The translations under genes and the position numbers were made by a program. DNA of 64,000 bases from positions 38,504,001 to 38,568,000 of the forward strand of contig OZ249436.1 of NCBI GenBank assembly GCA_965235115.1, in the 5' to 3' direction. The notes beneath the pieces are model-generated. The model worked only from the letters and a program-made list of their open reading frames with translations. It was not told the DNA's origin and made no database searches. Positions within the stretch are counted from its first letter, which is position 1; every line of letters begins with the position of its first letter. Source of the DNA: Laetmonice hystrix. Taxonomy: Eukaryota. Shown here piece after piece: positions 57,201 to 63,493 of this stretch.

Positions 57201-60200
57201 TGATTACAACGTCATCCGGAAGGTAATGCCCCTCTTGTCTCGGGAGAACCAGGTCCTCAAGCGGGAAGTCCTGGCCCTCATGGATATGATGTTGTTCAAC
57301 GCCAACACCAACATCCAGGTACCCATAGAATCTCAAGTACAACACCACTTACTATGCCTCAGGGAGCTGGACAGTAGGAACATCTCAAAACTTTAACCTC
57401 ACAGGGATACGATTACAGAAAAAAAGAATGCAGGTTTTATATTTGAATATCTCTATAAGAACCAGAGGGTAAAATTAATATAGGAAATATTTCCCCATCT
57501 TTCTGCGTCCTTGCCAGGCTTTAAAAACGAATGCAATGAATTAATAAAAAATACCTCTCTGTATATCCGGAAAGGTCGAAGGGAGTTTCGAGTGATTGTG
57601 CATAATCATATGTAGCAACGACTTTTCATCATATTTTAATACGTAATTTTATTCTATCTGTACCAGAGGTCGCTACTGCAGTATTTTAGCGGCACAAGTG
57701 AGGAGATGTTCTTCATGTATGTTCGTCAACGCCTTCATTCAGCAACGCTGGCGCTCAAAGAAAAGTAACTAAAAACGTCATTTCTCATTACGGCTCCCCT
57801 TAGGAACCAAGCCTAGTGCTTGTTCAGGCACTAGGCTTGAACAAAACTCCTAAGCTTCTAAGAAAATGGAATCATTTGAACATCCTCAGTGCTGTCTTCA
57901 AAATGTTGAAATATCTCCCGTTTGAAGGGACATGACTTGTATATAGAAGTCTTTTGCCATGAAGGTACCACGAGACGTCTACCAACGTCTGTACTCATTG
58001 GAATACATTTATCAATATGCAAAGATTTACTTCAAACCTCGGGTACATACATATGGTATCCGATGTATAATAGACCCAAACCAGATATATAGGATCATGA
58101 GTAATCAAAAGAACGCATCAAATCCTACCTCGTGAATCCCATGCCAACTCGGCGTCACGTGATTCTAGGGTATCTGTTTTACCAGGCGGTCCATGGAAAA
58201 TCAACGAAAGCAAAGGCAGAAATGGAAAGAGATGAAAGAGGCACACCTTAAGGAACAGGCGGCTAGGCTGCAAGAAGCCAAGGTTCTTCACCACTGTTAT
58301 CAATATGAAAATCTTGATTTTCAAAATAATAGTATTATCGTTATTTCAAATAACATGATATCATCCTTTACATAAAAACGTCGTAATATATTTATCCTCC
58401 TTTGTTATAATTCATAGTTAACTGTAGCTTTGCTAATTACTATCACTTCACTTTTATCTTAATTTTTCTCATTAGTGTATATTTTGAAAGAGTAATAAAA
58501 TGCTGATGGCGCTATTTTCTTCTAGGAACATGAAGAAGCGGCCAAAGTTCAAGTGAAGGTTACAAACAGGAAGCTTAAACGTATCCAGCCATACCTGAAG
58601 TTCCTGGCTAACCAAAGGATGGTGCGTAACATCACGAATGAAACCATCGAGGCTGAGGTAAGACTCTTCTTGATTCTGTCATACAGAAAGTTATTCAATC
58701 AAACAGGGACAGGCAGGTCGCATGAATTGGATTTCAGCGTTTCAAACTTCAGCTGTGGAAGAAAATTACTTTATCCACATCCAGCTAACCGAATATGAGA
58801 GTAACAAAGAAATCAATCAATAAAAATTATTACAAGTGGGCTAATCCTCTTGATGTCTGACGTTGAGCAGTATTCGGACAACTTGGCATTAATCGATGAA
58901 GAGATTGGCGTAGATCAAAGCACTGACAACCCGGAAGAGGATATTGGGCTCATCTTCAGGGTCATAGCGGGCCTCTGCGACGGACAAAACCGAGACTTAC
59001 AGGTTGACATCTAAAGACATCACTCTTGTCCTTGTGGCGAAATCATCAAGTTCTTTATGATCCTACTTCCCTTTTAAATACAGAATAACAATGAAAAGTG
59101 TCTAAGGAATATAACTTACAAGGAACGATCTAGACATATCTATCGTCCACCAGTTAATATGAGAATAATATTGATTGATTTTTTTATTAAAATGGTTGAG
59201 GGGATGTTCCCTGAAACTCCATAAGGGAGAGCGTCACTTTGACCCATGGCCTAGCTCGGCGCCTGACGTATAATACTGAGGCGTATATATGTTTTATGCG
59301 GACGCAGGACTACCTTCGAGAGCAGCCAGACAACGTTCGAACTGTGAACCTAGTGAGTGAGCTGTGTCAGTTCCTGGCCGCCCACTACTCGGCCGTCGAT
59401 GCTGAGTCCATCAGTCTCATCTCACTGATCTTTCGGACACTCAATGAGATATGTCAGGTAAAACTTCTACAGGGCCCGGTCTTTCGAAATTGCTTAAGCT
59501 TCAGGCTTCTGATTGGCTGGTCTGCTTAGACCAGCCATTCAAAAGCGTTAAGCTAAAGCAAGACCCAAGAGTATCATGCGTTGCACCTGTCTTGTCCATG
59601 GGCGTCGCTAGGATTATTTCCAGGGGGGTGAGCACACAACCTGATATTGAGGGTGGAGCCGTGGGCGGCGAAACCATCCACCGCGAGCGCCAAAGGCGCA
59701 ATTTTAACACATTTGTGACGTGCCATATCAAAACCAGGCAGAATTCGCATGTGTGAAGTTCTAAGCTAGGGGGAGGGGTCAAAAGGTCAAAATGGCCGAT
59801 TTTGGTGATTTTGAGATTTTTCCAGAAATCAAAAGCCAAACATGTCATGTTTCACATTAGAAAGTATAATTGTCGAAAACCCGGTCTATGTTGATAAAAA
59901 ATGGATTATTTGGGCTTGTTTCACATGACTAATTTTGATGCTGAAAAAAATCAACATTCAGGATCAAAGCTGTTTTTTAGCATTTTTTTTCCAAAATCAG
60001 CAACTCATAAACTGTCACACTCAAAGTTCGATATCTTCAGATATATTTGACACATCACATTCATTGTGGTGTCATTTTGAAGCTTGTGACCTGTACGTTT
60101 TGATTATTCAATAAAACACACATCGATTTTTGCCGACTTCTGCCTGGTTTTGGCATGGCCCCTCACATTTGATTTTCCCCATATTTTAAAGGGGGCATGT

Positions 60201-63200
60201 GCCCCCCTTGCTCCGCCCCCTCGCGACGCCCCTGGTCTTGTCTATATGTGCGGGGCATAATACGCTTTGTGAGAGGCTAAATGTTATTTCTTCATCATGT
60301 CTCACATTTTTATTGTGTTTTAAGTGCAACATTTGCATTAGCTATATTTAATCGAAAGTGCTCTTTTGGCAGAAATAACCAAACAAAACGCTGACTGTTT
60401 GCAGGGAAACCAACCAAATCGGACGGTACTCGTCAACAACAAGATTGTCGACTACATCAACTTTCTGCTGCGAATCGGTCATTTTGATGGATGCAGTGCC
60501 GAACAGGTATCGTAGGCTACTTGTGGTCGGTCGATTTCAAAACTCCCGCACCGTAGCTTACCGAGGAAAAATAAGAGAGTCAGGAAACCACTGTGAAATA
60601 CGGGGAAATGTTTGACTTCTTCAGGAAAATAGCGTGTTTCCGGCTGAACATTTGAGAATTTGTTTCTGTAGGTGATAGAGTTGCGATCTATGATTGCGAC
60701 ATTGCTGAGGTCCCTGACCGAGGAAAACTGCCCCGAGGCCGAGATACTGACCAAGGTGAGAAGGGAAGTGGTGAAGGGATTACAAACATATTATGTTCCT
60801 TGGCAAATCGACTCATGCGAAATCAACAATAAACTCTAGTTATTCTCACAAGGTTCATCGAACATTTTCAAGAATTTTCTGAGTAAGGCATCCTGACCCC
60901 AGACCTCCGTAGTCCAGTAGAGGGGTGTCGTATTTTACCCTTGCCGTGGGGTTCTATACACCCTCCATCTGTCTGAAGAGATAGCGAGATGACCTTAGAG
61001 ACCCCCTACCTACGAACCTTTCACCTTGCTCTGTGCTGTTGGTCACCTCTATAGGAACTCCGGGACACTTTAGACTTGGAGGCCATCTTCAGTATCATGT
61101 CCGCCTCGCGAGCTCTCTACCAGGTAGGGTTTTTTTCAAATATACGCAGCTAATGTCGTTTATATGTGGTATCGATATTTTTGAATTCATTCATCACGTA
61201 CGTATACATATTTAACTCTCACAATATCCAGGACCAGCAGGCCAGCGCTGAGCACCTCATACTGGGATATGAACAACCGCCCCCGTCTGGCATGTTCTGC
61301 TTTCAAAAGGTAGCGTTTAAATGTTACAATGCATTCTTTGTATGTAAAATATTTACCAATTAAAATACTTATCATAATGCTTAGAAAAGTATTAATCCTA
61401 AATCTTGTATACATTATTTTCAGGGAGAAAGTAAACAAATACGCGATTCTGCAAATGAAGTTGGGTTGACTCTGTATCTTGTAATCGCGAGAATGCGAGA
61501 TACTGACCAATCCGTCGAGAAACAAGGTATAGGGTTTGAATGTTTTATTTGTGGTTTAGGCATCACTCATGGTTCTGGCAGTATAGGCCTAGTTTGTAAA
61601 CGATCTGACCCATTACAGAAGAGCCTTTAAAAGCATGGATCTTATAAAGTCATGTACATGTAGGCCTATATGAAACTACTAATAACGTCATGCCTGCCCC
61701 TTTATAGTACTTTATGAATATTCCACCGGTCATCTAATACGTGTAATTCCATGTGTCTGTTAGGTCTAGTGGACCCAGGGGTGAAGAAAGGATATCTCTT
61801 CTACAAGCATCAATGTTACTCTGTCGAGGTGGTCAAGGGCAACCATCTCCAAAGGGCTCACTTCCCAGTCCGCCATAAGGTGAGCCCATACACGTGTCGA
61901 CATTTTATCCGTTAGGAGGAGAGCTTGGATTTGAAAAAAATGCCTTTCATAATTAAGCCTATGGCATTATACAAATGTACACGTTTCTGAAAACTTAAAA
62001 TATAATTAACTGAGATATCTCTAAAATAGGAATTGCCCGCCATGAAAGTCTGTGACATTATACAAATGTACACTTTTCTAAAAACGTAAATATCATAATT
62101 GAGAGAGATAGCTCTAATGTAGGAACTGCTCGCCATGAAAGCCTATGACATTATACAAATGTACACTTTTCTAAAAACGTAAATATCATAATTGAGCGAG
62201 ATAGCTCTAATAAAGGAACTGCTCGCCATGAAAGCCTATGACATTATACAAATGTGCACTTTTCTAAAAACGTAAATATCATAATTGAGAGAGATAGCTC
62301 TAATGTAGGAACTGCTCGCCATGAAAGCCTATGACATTATACAAATGTACACTTTTCTAAAAACGTAAATATCATAATTGAGAGAGATAGCTCTAATGTA
62401 GGAACTGCTCGCCATGAAAGCCTATGACATTATACAAATGTACACTTTTCTAAAAACGTAAATATCATAATTGAGCGAGATAGCTCTAATAAAGGAACTG
62501 CTCGCCATGAAAGCCTATGACATTATACAAATGTGCACTTTTCTAAAAACGTAAATATCATAATTGAGAGAGATAGCTCTAATGTAGGAACTGCTCGCCA
62601 TGAAAGCCTATGACATTATACAAATGTACACTTTTCTAAAAACGTAAATATCATAATTGAGAGAGATAGCTCTAATGTAGGAACTGCTCGCCATGAAAGC
62701 CTATGACATTATACAAATGTACACTTTTCTAAAAACGTAAATATCATAATTGAGCGAGATAGCTCTAATAAAGGAACTGCTCGCCATGAAAGCCTATGAC
62801 ATTATACAAATGTGCACTTTTCTAAAAACGTAAATATCATAATTGAGAGAGATAGCTCTAATGTAGGAACTGCTCGCCATGAAAGCCTATGACATTATAC
62901 AAATGTACACTTTTCTAAAAACGTAAATGCCAGTTTAAAACCTGCGTTATATTTTGTGGCGTGCAGGACCTCCTAAGGGAGGAATTGATCATGCAGGTCA
63001 AGTGGCACATTGACCGTTCCTCGCCGTCCGGTAAGCTCAGGGACCTGGTACTGTGGGCACGAGACATCATCCACGACGTCGGCTACCAGAAAAAGATCCG
63101 AGGGAACCCTATCACTAAACAACTGGCTGCCCGATGGTAACGATCACCTTCAGAGGGGCTAGACAATGATTTCAACTGGAAGATTTTATTGTTTCAACAT

Positions 63201-63493
63201 AGAGATCTATTAGGCGGAGTTAGCAACACCAATAAAACAGAAAGAGATTCTGATGAATTAGCCCATTTAATCTAACAATCATAATTGCGCAAGGCAGATT
63301 TGGATAGCAATTGACGTTTAAGCATGATGACTATTGAGAACTGTGAAAACTATTGTTTCAGGGCGATATGGAACTACGCTTGTATCCTGATCAGCTTGAT
63401 CATCCAAATCATCATGCTGTTGACATGGCAGTCGCCTCTGGTCGTCGACCAAGTGCCGTCAAACGCCACCCATCTCCCGATTGAGTTGTACAG
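16424..63493 (+). CDS. ITPR: Divergent inositol 1,4,5-trisphosphate receptor-like Ca2+-release channel, 59 exons traced, 3'-incomplete (runs off window after TM1)
   Basis: Spliced translation shows IP3R-family motifs in the expected order: MLHIGDFICLY (cf. FLHIGDICSLY), QNRYK, LKYGDIIQLRH, VVQLFHRDLEAYL, VRLRHMTTRLYL, NRQKLLRNL, RKNALYLA, IKDNRQIV, FLDLLSVLC, LVDLLATCAEG, LCDGQNRDLQDYLREQ, TLNEICQGN, SVEVV, then a hydrophobic TM1. All 58 internal introns are GT-AG with matching phases. Confidence 0.93.
17206..17453. mobile_element. MITE (CAGGGCCGGATCCA TIR, TSD AGTGTG)
   Basis: TIRs plus 6-bp direct flanks. Confidence 0.8.
18019..18092 (+). CDS. ITPR: ITPR-like exon 2
   Basis: STNEWLYVHNGQDRDKPERISNVE; phases 2/1. 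Confidence 0.8.
18163..18222. repeat. (GA)n microsatellite
   Basis: Direct observation. Confidence 0.95.
18276..18400 (+). CDS. ITPR: ITPR-like exon 3
   Basis: AVTFQISTQNRYKLTKKYRKLL...NAK. Confidence 0.85.
18649..18735 (+). CDS. ITPR: ITPR-like exon 4
   Basis: ASSLAEQQDNRKEQKRLEGKNLKYGDIIQ. Confidence 0.9.
18851..18928 (+). CDS. ITPR: ITPR-like exon 5
   Basis: LRHVLNNRYINVSVTDTSAVDKDKLK. Confidence 0.9.
18916..20460 (+). repeat. ~65-75-bp minisatellite (~23 copies) filling ITPR-like intron 5
   Basis: Unit AGACAAACTCAAGGGTAGTAGGTCCCTATATGTCAGTGAATCTGCCCATGTCAAACCTTTCCAATAG; starts in the last bases of exon 5. Confidence 0.95.
20502..20582 (+). CDS. ITPR: ITPR-like exon 6
   Basis: VHLSFYGTKNAQFKILPSYKVKVEGEQ. 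Confidence 0.9.
20814..20911 (+). CDS. ITPR: ITPR-like exon 7
   Basis: IENLDQVVFESIKSPGSYLHTSDPYQVSPGIY. Confidence 0.85.
21069..21165 (+). CDS. ITPR: ITPR-like exon 8
   Basis: SEVNLATTQARFTIVQHRTQDPNDPFINRYLW. Confidence 0.85.
21395..21482 (+). CDS. ITPR: ITPR-like exon 9 (MIR)
   Basis: ASSVVQLFHRDLEAYLVAEGVFGDVPMED. Confidence 0.9.
22429..22638. mobile_element. MITE (AAGCCCCAGTCACAC TIR)
   Basis: Inverted termini AAGCCCCAGTCACAC / GTGTGACTGGGGCTT. Confidence 0.7.
23150..24290. repeat. 74/77-bp minisatellite (~15 copies) in intron 9
   Basis: Unit TTGGCCTGTCATTACTTCTCCTTGCCTGGTAAATCCACCAACCAGAGTAAAACTCTGCCAGCCAGCAACACCAC. Confidence 0.95.
24915..25022 (+). CDS. ITPR: ITPR-like exon 10 (MIR)
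   Basis: VHLRVREQNHADTRTLYPPRSGITFWQVESERSLVD; phase 1/1. Confidence 0.9.
25035..27704. mobile_element. Composite nested DNA-transposon remnants (ACGAT-rich long inverted repeats)
   Basis: 25040-25140 is an imperfect inverted copy of ~27560-27670; inner TIR pair AAGGCCCTTATCCA at ~25559 and ~27538; CAAGATGGCCGCC tandem block at ~25790-26230. Confidence 0.6.
27776..28519. mobile_element. MITE with ~80-bp imperfect TIRs
   Basis: AAACCAGTGA...AGAGCAAGACCAGCCTTCATAT.GGAGCCCTATA mirrored at ~28444-28519. Confidence 0.75.
28841..28986 (+). CDS. ITPR: ITPR-like exon 11 (MIR)
   Basis: GMPIRWKQKVRLRHMTTRLYLSV...VFRLHSIVQ. Confidence 0.9.
28963..29346 (+). repeat. 32-bp minisatellite (~12 copies) spanning the exon 11 donor
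   Basis: Unit TTCAGGTTGCACTCCATCGTACAG|GTTAGACA. Confidence 0.95.
30026..30110 (+). CDS. ITPR: ITPR-like exon 12
   Basis: YVDRDEILLGNHARVEHPLTETWLHAER. Confidence 0.9.
30721..30806 (+). CDS. ITPR: ITPR-like exon 13
   Basis: DTYARLRLTSSEGTSMASLQWDKADLTQ. Confidence 0.85.
31059..31333. mobile_element. Palindromic MITE (TACGGAGCCCTGTTGGGGACATGA TIR, TSD TGAAAC)
   Basis: Perfect 24-bp TIR and 6-bp direct flanks. Confidence 0.85.
31491..31616 (+). CDS. ITPR: ITPR-like exon 14
   Basis: ISWIKRRPYPDALTIQKVD...FVAGMIPFIRDIIPQ. Confidence 0.85.
31802..31852 (+). CDS. ITPR: ITPR-like exon 15
   Basis: ITNTRKVTTKKAMAICT; good acceptor and donor, phase 0/0. Confidence 0.75.
32087..32332. mobile_element. 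MITE (TTACTTTTCCACCGTGAGCAAGG TIR)
   Basis: Inverted termini. Confidence 0.75.
32449..32529 (+). CDS. ITPR: ITPR-like exon 16
   Basis: ALGELDDFLIVNGKPEKNRQKLLRNLN (IP3-binding RQKLxR motif). Confidence 0.9.
32820..33610. mobile_element. Tc1/mariner-like non-autonomous element
   Basis: TA|CAGGGTGTCCGAAAAAA left end; degenerate TTTTTTGGGCCAACCCG right end. Confidence 0.5.
33790..33975 (+). CDS. ITPR: ITPR-like exon 17
   Basis: VLELLIEVLKTP...GRSRKNALYLARCIPFFLTQLGLE. Confidence 0.9.
33923..34612 (+). repeat. 77-bp minisatellite (~9 copies) spanning the exon 17 donor
   Basis: Unit ...CTACTTGG(C/T)CAGGTGTATCCCCTTCTTCCTAACTCAACTCGGACTGGAG|GTGAGTTCACGTGTACTCAGTTTA... Confidence 0.95.
35193..35700 (+). 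repeat. 29-bp minisatellite (~17 copies) ending at the exon 18 acceptor
   Basis: Unit GAGGTCTGGTAACATTTGTTTTACACCAG; the last copy ends TTTGTTTTACAG|GGC. Confidence 0.93.
35701..35823 (+). CDS. ITPR: ITPR-like exon 18
   Basis: GGVGVHCCKMLIDLIKDNRQIVDRITSEQLDIFVDMLKKHK. Confidence 0.9.
36177..36281 (+). CDS. ITPR: ITPR-like exon 19
   Basis: KSQFLDLLSVLCVCNRTALPDNQLRIATALLGQDQ. Confidence 0.9.
36505..36618 (+). CDS. ITPR: ITPR-like exon 20
   Basis: EVLFHIEIKTYESLAVGDELCISTDGRRTWLPLHKFAY. Confidence 0.85.
36630..36797. repeat. Degenerate (CT/CTGT)n microsatellite
   Basis: Direct observation. Confidence 0.85.
37143..37220 (+). CDS. ITPR: ITPR-like exon 21
   Basis: KNYSDYSEELFIFLEHQLELYRNLSY. 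Confidence 0.85.
37517..37649 (+). CDS. ITPR: ITPR-like exon 22
   Basis: RRNEKVLKVM...LPGSLRANLLGVLT. Confidence 0.85.
37846..38904. mobile_element. Non-autonomous element (CCC(A/T)GATAA TIR, AT flanks) with TTGGGCCAACG subrepeats
   Basis: Termini CCCTGATAA / TTATCTGGG; many internal GTTGGGCCAAC motifs; possibly CMC/EnSpm type. Confidence 0.65.
38092..38464. mobile_element. PIF/Harbinger-type MITE nested in the previous element
   Basis: Perfect TIR GGCCCCGTTTCATAACTAA; 3-bp TSD CAG; uninterrupted host motif visible at ~37951-37990. Confidence 0.88.
39101..39210 (+). CDS. ITPR: ITPR-like exon 23
   Basis: FYIDYGRECCTVRTTPFNYVYHDIDSRKENYGRLDL. Confidence 0.8.
39478..39586. repeat. (CT)n microsatellite
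   Basis: Direct observation. Confidence 0.95.
39985..40101 (+). CDS. ITPR: ITPR-like exon 24
   Basis: IESDIDEKYPGLREWLLTVLDETPFMIAQPVSNSIFIQQ. Confidence 0.8.
40379..40514 (+). CDS. ITPR: ITPR-like exon 25
   Basis: VLRLVECLINYGHLSAEEDLQRLLPLITRLADGRHDAPFP. Confidence 0.85.
40991..41099 (+). CDS. ITPR: ITPR-like exon 26
   Basis: ITEYTSFEKHH...RFKKNESQEAIVKAKI. Confidence 0.85.
41378..41432 (+). CDS. ITPR: ITPR-like exon 27
   Basis: ALNVVELLLKRTFNRRLQ. Confidence 0.85.
41651..41772 (+). CDS. ITPR: ITPR-like exon 28
   Basis: FVLSVFKHTMEKE...YELMRREFEHRDF. Confidence 0.75.
42824..43114. mobile_element. TTAA-target MITE (Kolobok-like AG..CT ends)
   Basis: TTAA|AGTGACACCCCAAATTCCT ... AGGAATTTAGGGTGGCACT|TTAA. 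Confidence 0.75.
43173..44090. mobile_element. CACTA/EnSpm-like non-autonomous element
   Basis: CACTGTAAA / TTTACAGTG termini, TA flanks, many TACAG/CTGTA subterminal motifs. Confidence 0.75.
44655..45235. mobile_element. MITE (CAGGGGCGGATTCAG TIR, TSD CTAAG)
   Basis: TIRs plus exact 5-bp TSD; internal GACAAAAGTGG repeats. Confidence 0.8.
46317..46410 (+). CDS. ITPR: ITPR-like exon 29
   Basis: KPMVTGKLDKLLTKIRRRTVYFDSSLPELLY; donor GTGAGT. Confidence 0.8.
46403..48319 (+). repeat. 43-bp minisatellite (~44 copies) spanning the exon 29 donor
   Basis: Unit GTGAGTGTACCCTCCTGTTCCTCAACATCCAG GGTT(G/A)TTATAC. Confidence 0.97.
48430..48537 (+). CDS. ITPR: ITPR-like exon 30
   Basis: DLTSYESDELVMKSLTVLSNFFSSEAGVFDIITRCQ. 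Confidence 0.85.
48752..48888 (+). CDS. ITPR: ITPR-like exon 31
   Basis: LMTSPEMIALHNLTEAQISTVQALFNSKLN...LNDLN. Confidence 0.85.
49129..49193 (+). CDS. ITPR: ITPR-like exon 32
   Basis: LYDKGDHETTNFVAQNIVVNN. Confidence 0.8.
49321..49376 (+). CDS. ITPR: ITPR-like exon 33
   Basis: GVLDLLFTMILQDVDQSLE. Confidence 0.8.
49932..50093 (+). CDS. ITPR: ITPR-like exon 34
   Basis: HQSSMAQEIIDTSLELL...SQNGLVQNLIFENLEKFL...VLIH. Confidence 0.85.
51417..51649 (+). CDS. ITPR: ITPR-like exon 35
   Basis: VFRGSIGRCLKVQPRHIQQIV...VIIKRNQQLVLRNLM. Confidence 0.9.
51811..51895 (+). CDS. ITPR: ITPR-like exon 36
   Basis: YDILKGFRGPAHCRYLIALVDLLATCAE. Confidence 0.9.
52244..52431 (+). CDS. ITPR: ITPR-like exon 37
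   Basis: GHMRYSESICQSLMTLEELFKIL...HKGPFARYIVWGYL. Confidence 0.9.
52953..53051 (+). CDS. ITPR: ITPR-like exon 38
   Basis: DIWRHLRNIRRYMTPSIVNTLKSWQQTEGKRL. Confidence 0.8.
53101..53349. mobile_element. MITE with ~35-bp TIR
   Basis: CCGTGAAATGACAAAAGGAAGCAAGTCCAAAA / TTTTGGACTTGCTTCCTTTTGTCATTTCACGG. Confidence 0.8.
53484..53574 (+). CDS. ITPR: ITPR-like exon 39
   Basis: YRRDTVFTVLDVEGHSAVRYALQGGFLLVQ. Confidence 0.8.
53678..53764 (+). CDS. ITPR: ITPR-like exon 40
   Basis: TFVSKFYEPDPDLFPAEGQILLQLTKLIL. Confidence 0.8.
54042..54146 (+). CDS. ITPR: ITPR-like exon 41
   Basis: PFAQACLGFASEVGEVRIIDETVTALLKKQGKTSK. Confidence 0.75.
54351..54419 (+). CDS. ITPR: ITPR-like exon 42
   Basis: LCDDLREQGEVTKKLVQMGEAIK. 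Confidence 0.75.
54423..54806 (+). repeat. 24-bp minisatellite (16 copies) starting just after the exon 42 donor
   Basis: Unit ATTGTCTTCCAGTCTGGCTGTCAG. Confidence 0.97.
54965..55106 (+). CDS. ITPR: ITPR-like exon 43
   Basis: KKGDKDLEEEDLNERFQLYGNNIRSYL...KHM. Confidence 0.8.
55653..55788 (+). CDS. ITPR: ITPR-like exon 44
   Basis: YVKPDEEAKLPLEPVFQQHVKCFV...KLIDQL. Confidence 0.85.
56305..56451 (+). CDS. ITPR: ITPR-like exon 45
   Basis: ISSRLYKQ...DIRSLQILRALIYNQVVQLPDDW. Confidence 0.85.
57162..57318 (+). CDS. ITPR: ITPR-like exon 46
   Basis: TLKVVKSIQDTY...REVLALMDMMLFNANTNIQ. Confidence 0.9.
57667..57764 (+). CDS. ITPR: ITPR-like exon 47
   Basis: RSLLQYFSGTSEEMFFMYVRQRLHSATLALKE. Confidence 0.9.
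58186..58282 (+). CDS. ITPR: ITPR-like exon 48
   Basis: RSMENQRKQRQKWKEMKEAHLKEQAARLQEAK. Confidence 0.75.
58526..58657 (+). CDS. ITPR: ITPR-like exon 49
   Basis: EHEEAAKVQVKVTNRKLKRIQPYL...TIEAE. Confidence 0.75.
58871..59002 (+). CDS. ITPR: ITPR-like exon 50 (RIH-associated)
   Basis: ...DIGLIFRVIAGLCDGQNRDLQ. Confidence 0.9.
59308..59457 (+). CDS. ITPR: ITPR-like exon 51 (RIH-associated)
   Basis: DYLREQPDNVRTVNLVSELCQFL...TLNEICQ. Confidence 0.92.
59597..60234. mobile_element. hAT-like non-autonomous element (8-bp TSD GTCTTGTC)
   Basis: CATGGGCGTCGC / GCGACGCCCCTG termini with exact 8-bp TSD. Confidence 0.8.
60405..60506 (+). CDS. ITPR: ITPR-like exon 52
   Basis: GNQPNRTVLVNNKIVDYINFLLRIGHFDGCSAEQ. 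Confidence 0.9.
60672..60755 (+). CDS. ITPR: ITPR-like exon 53
   Basis: VIELRSMIATLLRSLTEENCPEAEILTK. Confidence 0.88.
61055..61123 (+). CDS. ITPR: ITPR-like exon 54
   Basis: ELRDTLDLEAIFSIMSASRALYQ. Confidence 0.82.
61232..61309 (+). CDS. ITPR: ITPR-like exon 55
   Basis: DQQASAEHLILGYEQPPPSGMFCFQK; phase 0/0, could be optional. Confidence 0.65.
61424..61526 (+). CDS. ITPR: ITPR-like exon 56
   Basis: GESKQIRDSANEVGLTLYLVIARMRDTDQSVEKQ. Confidence 0.85.
61764..61879 (+). CDS. ITPR: ITPR-like exon 57
   Basis: LVDPGVKKGYLFYKHQCYSVEVVKGNHLQRAHFPVRHK. Confidence 0.9.
61955..62928. repeat. 93-bp minisatellite (~10 copies) with 279-bp higher-order period in intron 57
   Basis: Unit AAAGCCTATGACATTATACAAATGTACACTTTTCTAAAAACG...CTCGCCATG; variant GAGCGAG/TAATAAAGG in every third copy. 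Confidence 0.95.
62967..63136 (+). CDS. ITPR: ITPR-like exon 58
   Basis: DLLREELIMQVKWHIDRSSPSGKLRDLVLWARDIIHDVGYQKKI. Confidence 0.9.
63362..63493 (+). CDS. ITPR: ITPR-like exon 59 (first transmembrane helix)
   Basis: AIWNYACILISLIIQIIMLLTWQSP...IELY; donor GTAGGT. Confidence 0.88.

Noticed and set aside
16424..63493. Ryanodine receptor assignment
   Set aside because: Only ~2165 aa precede the end of TM1, no SPRY or RyR repeat segments were seen, and the motifs match IP3R.
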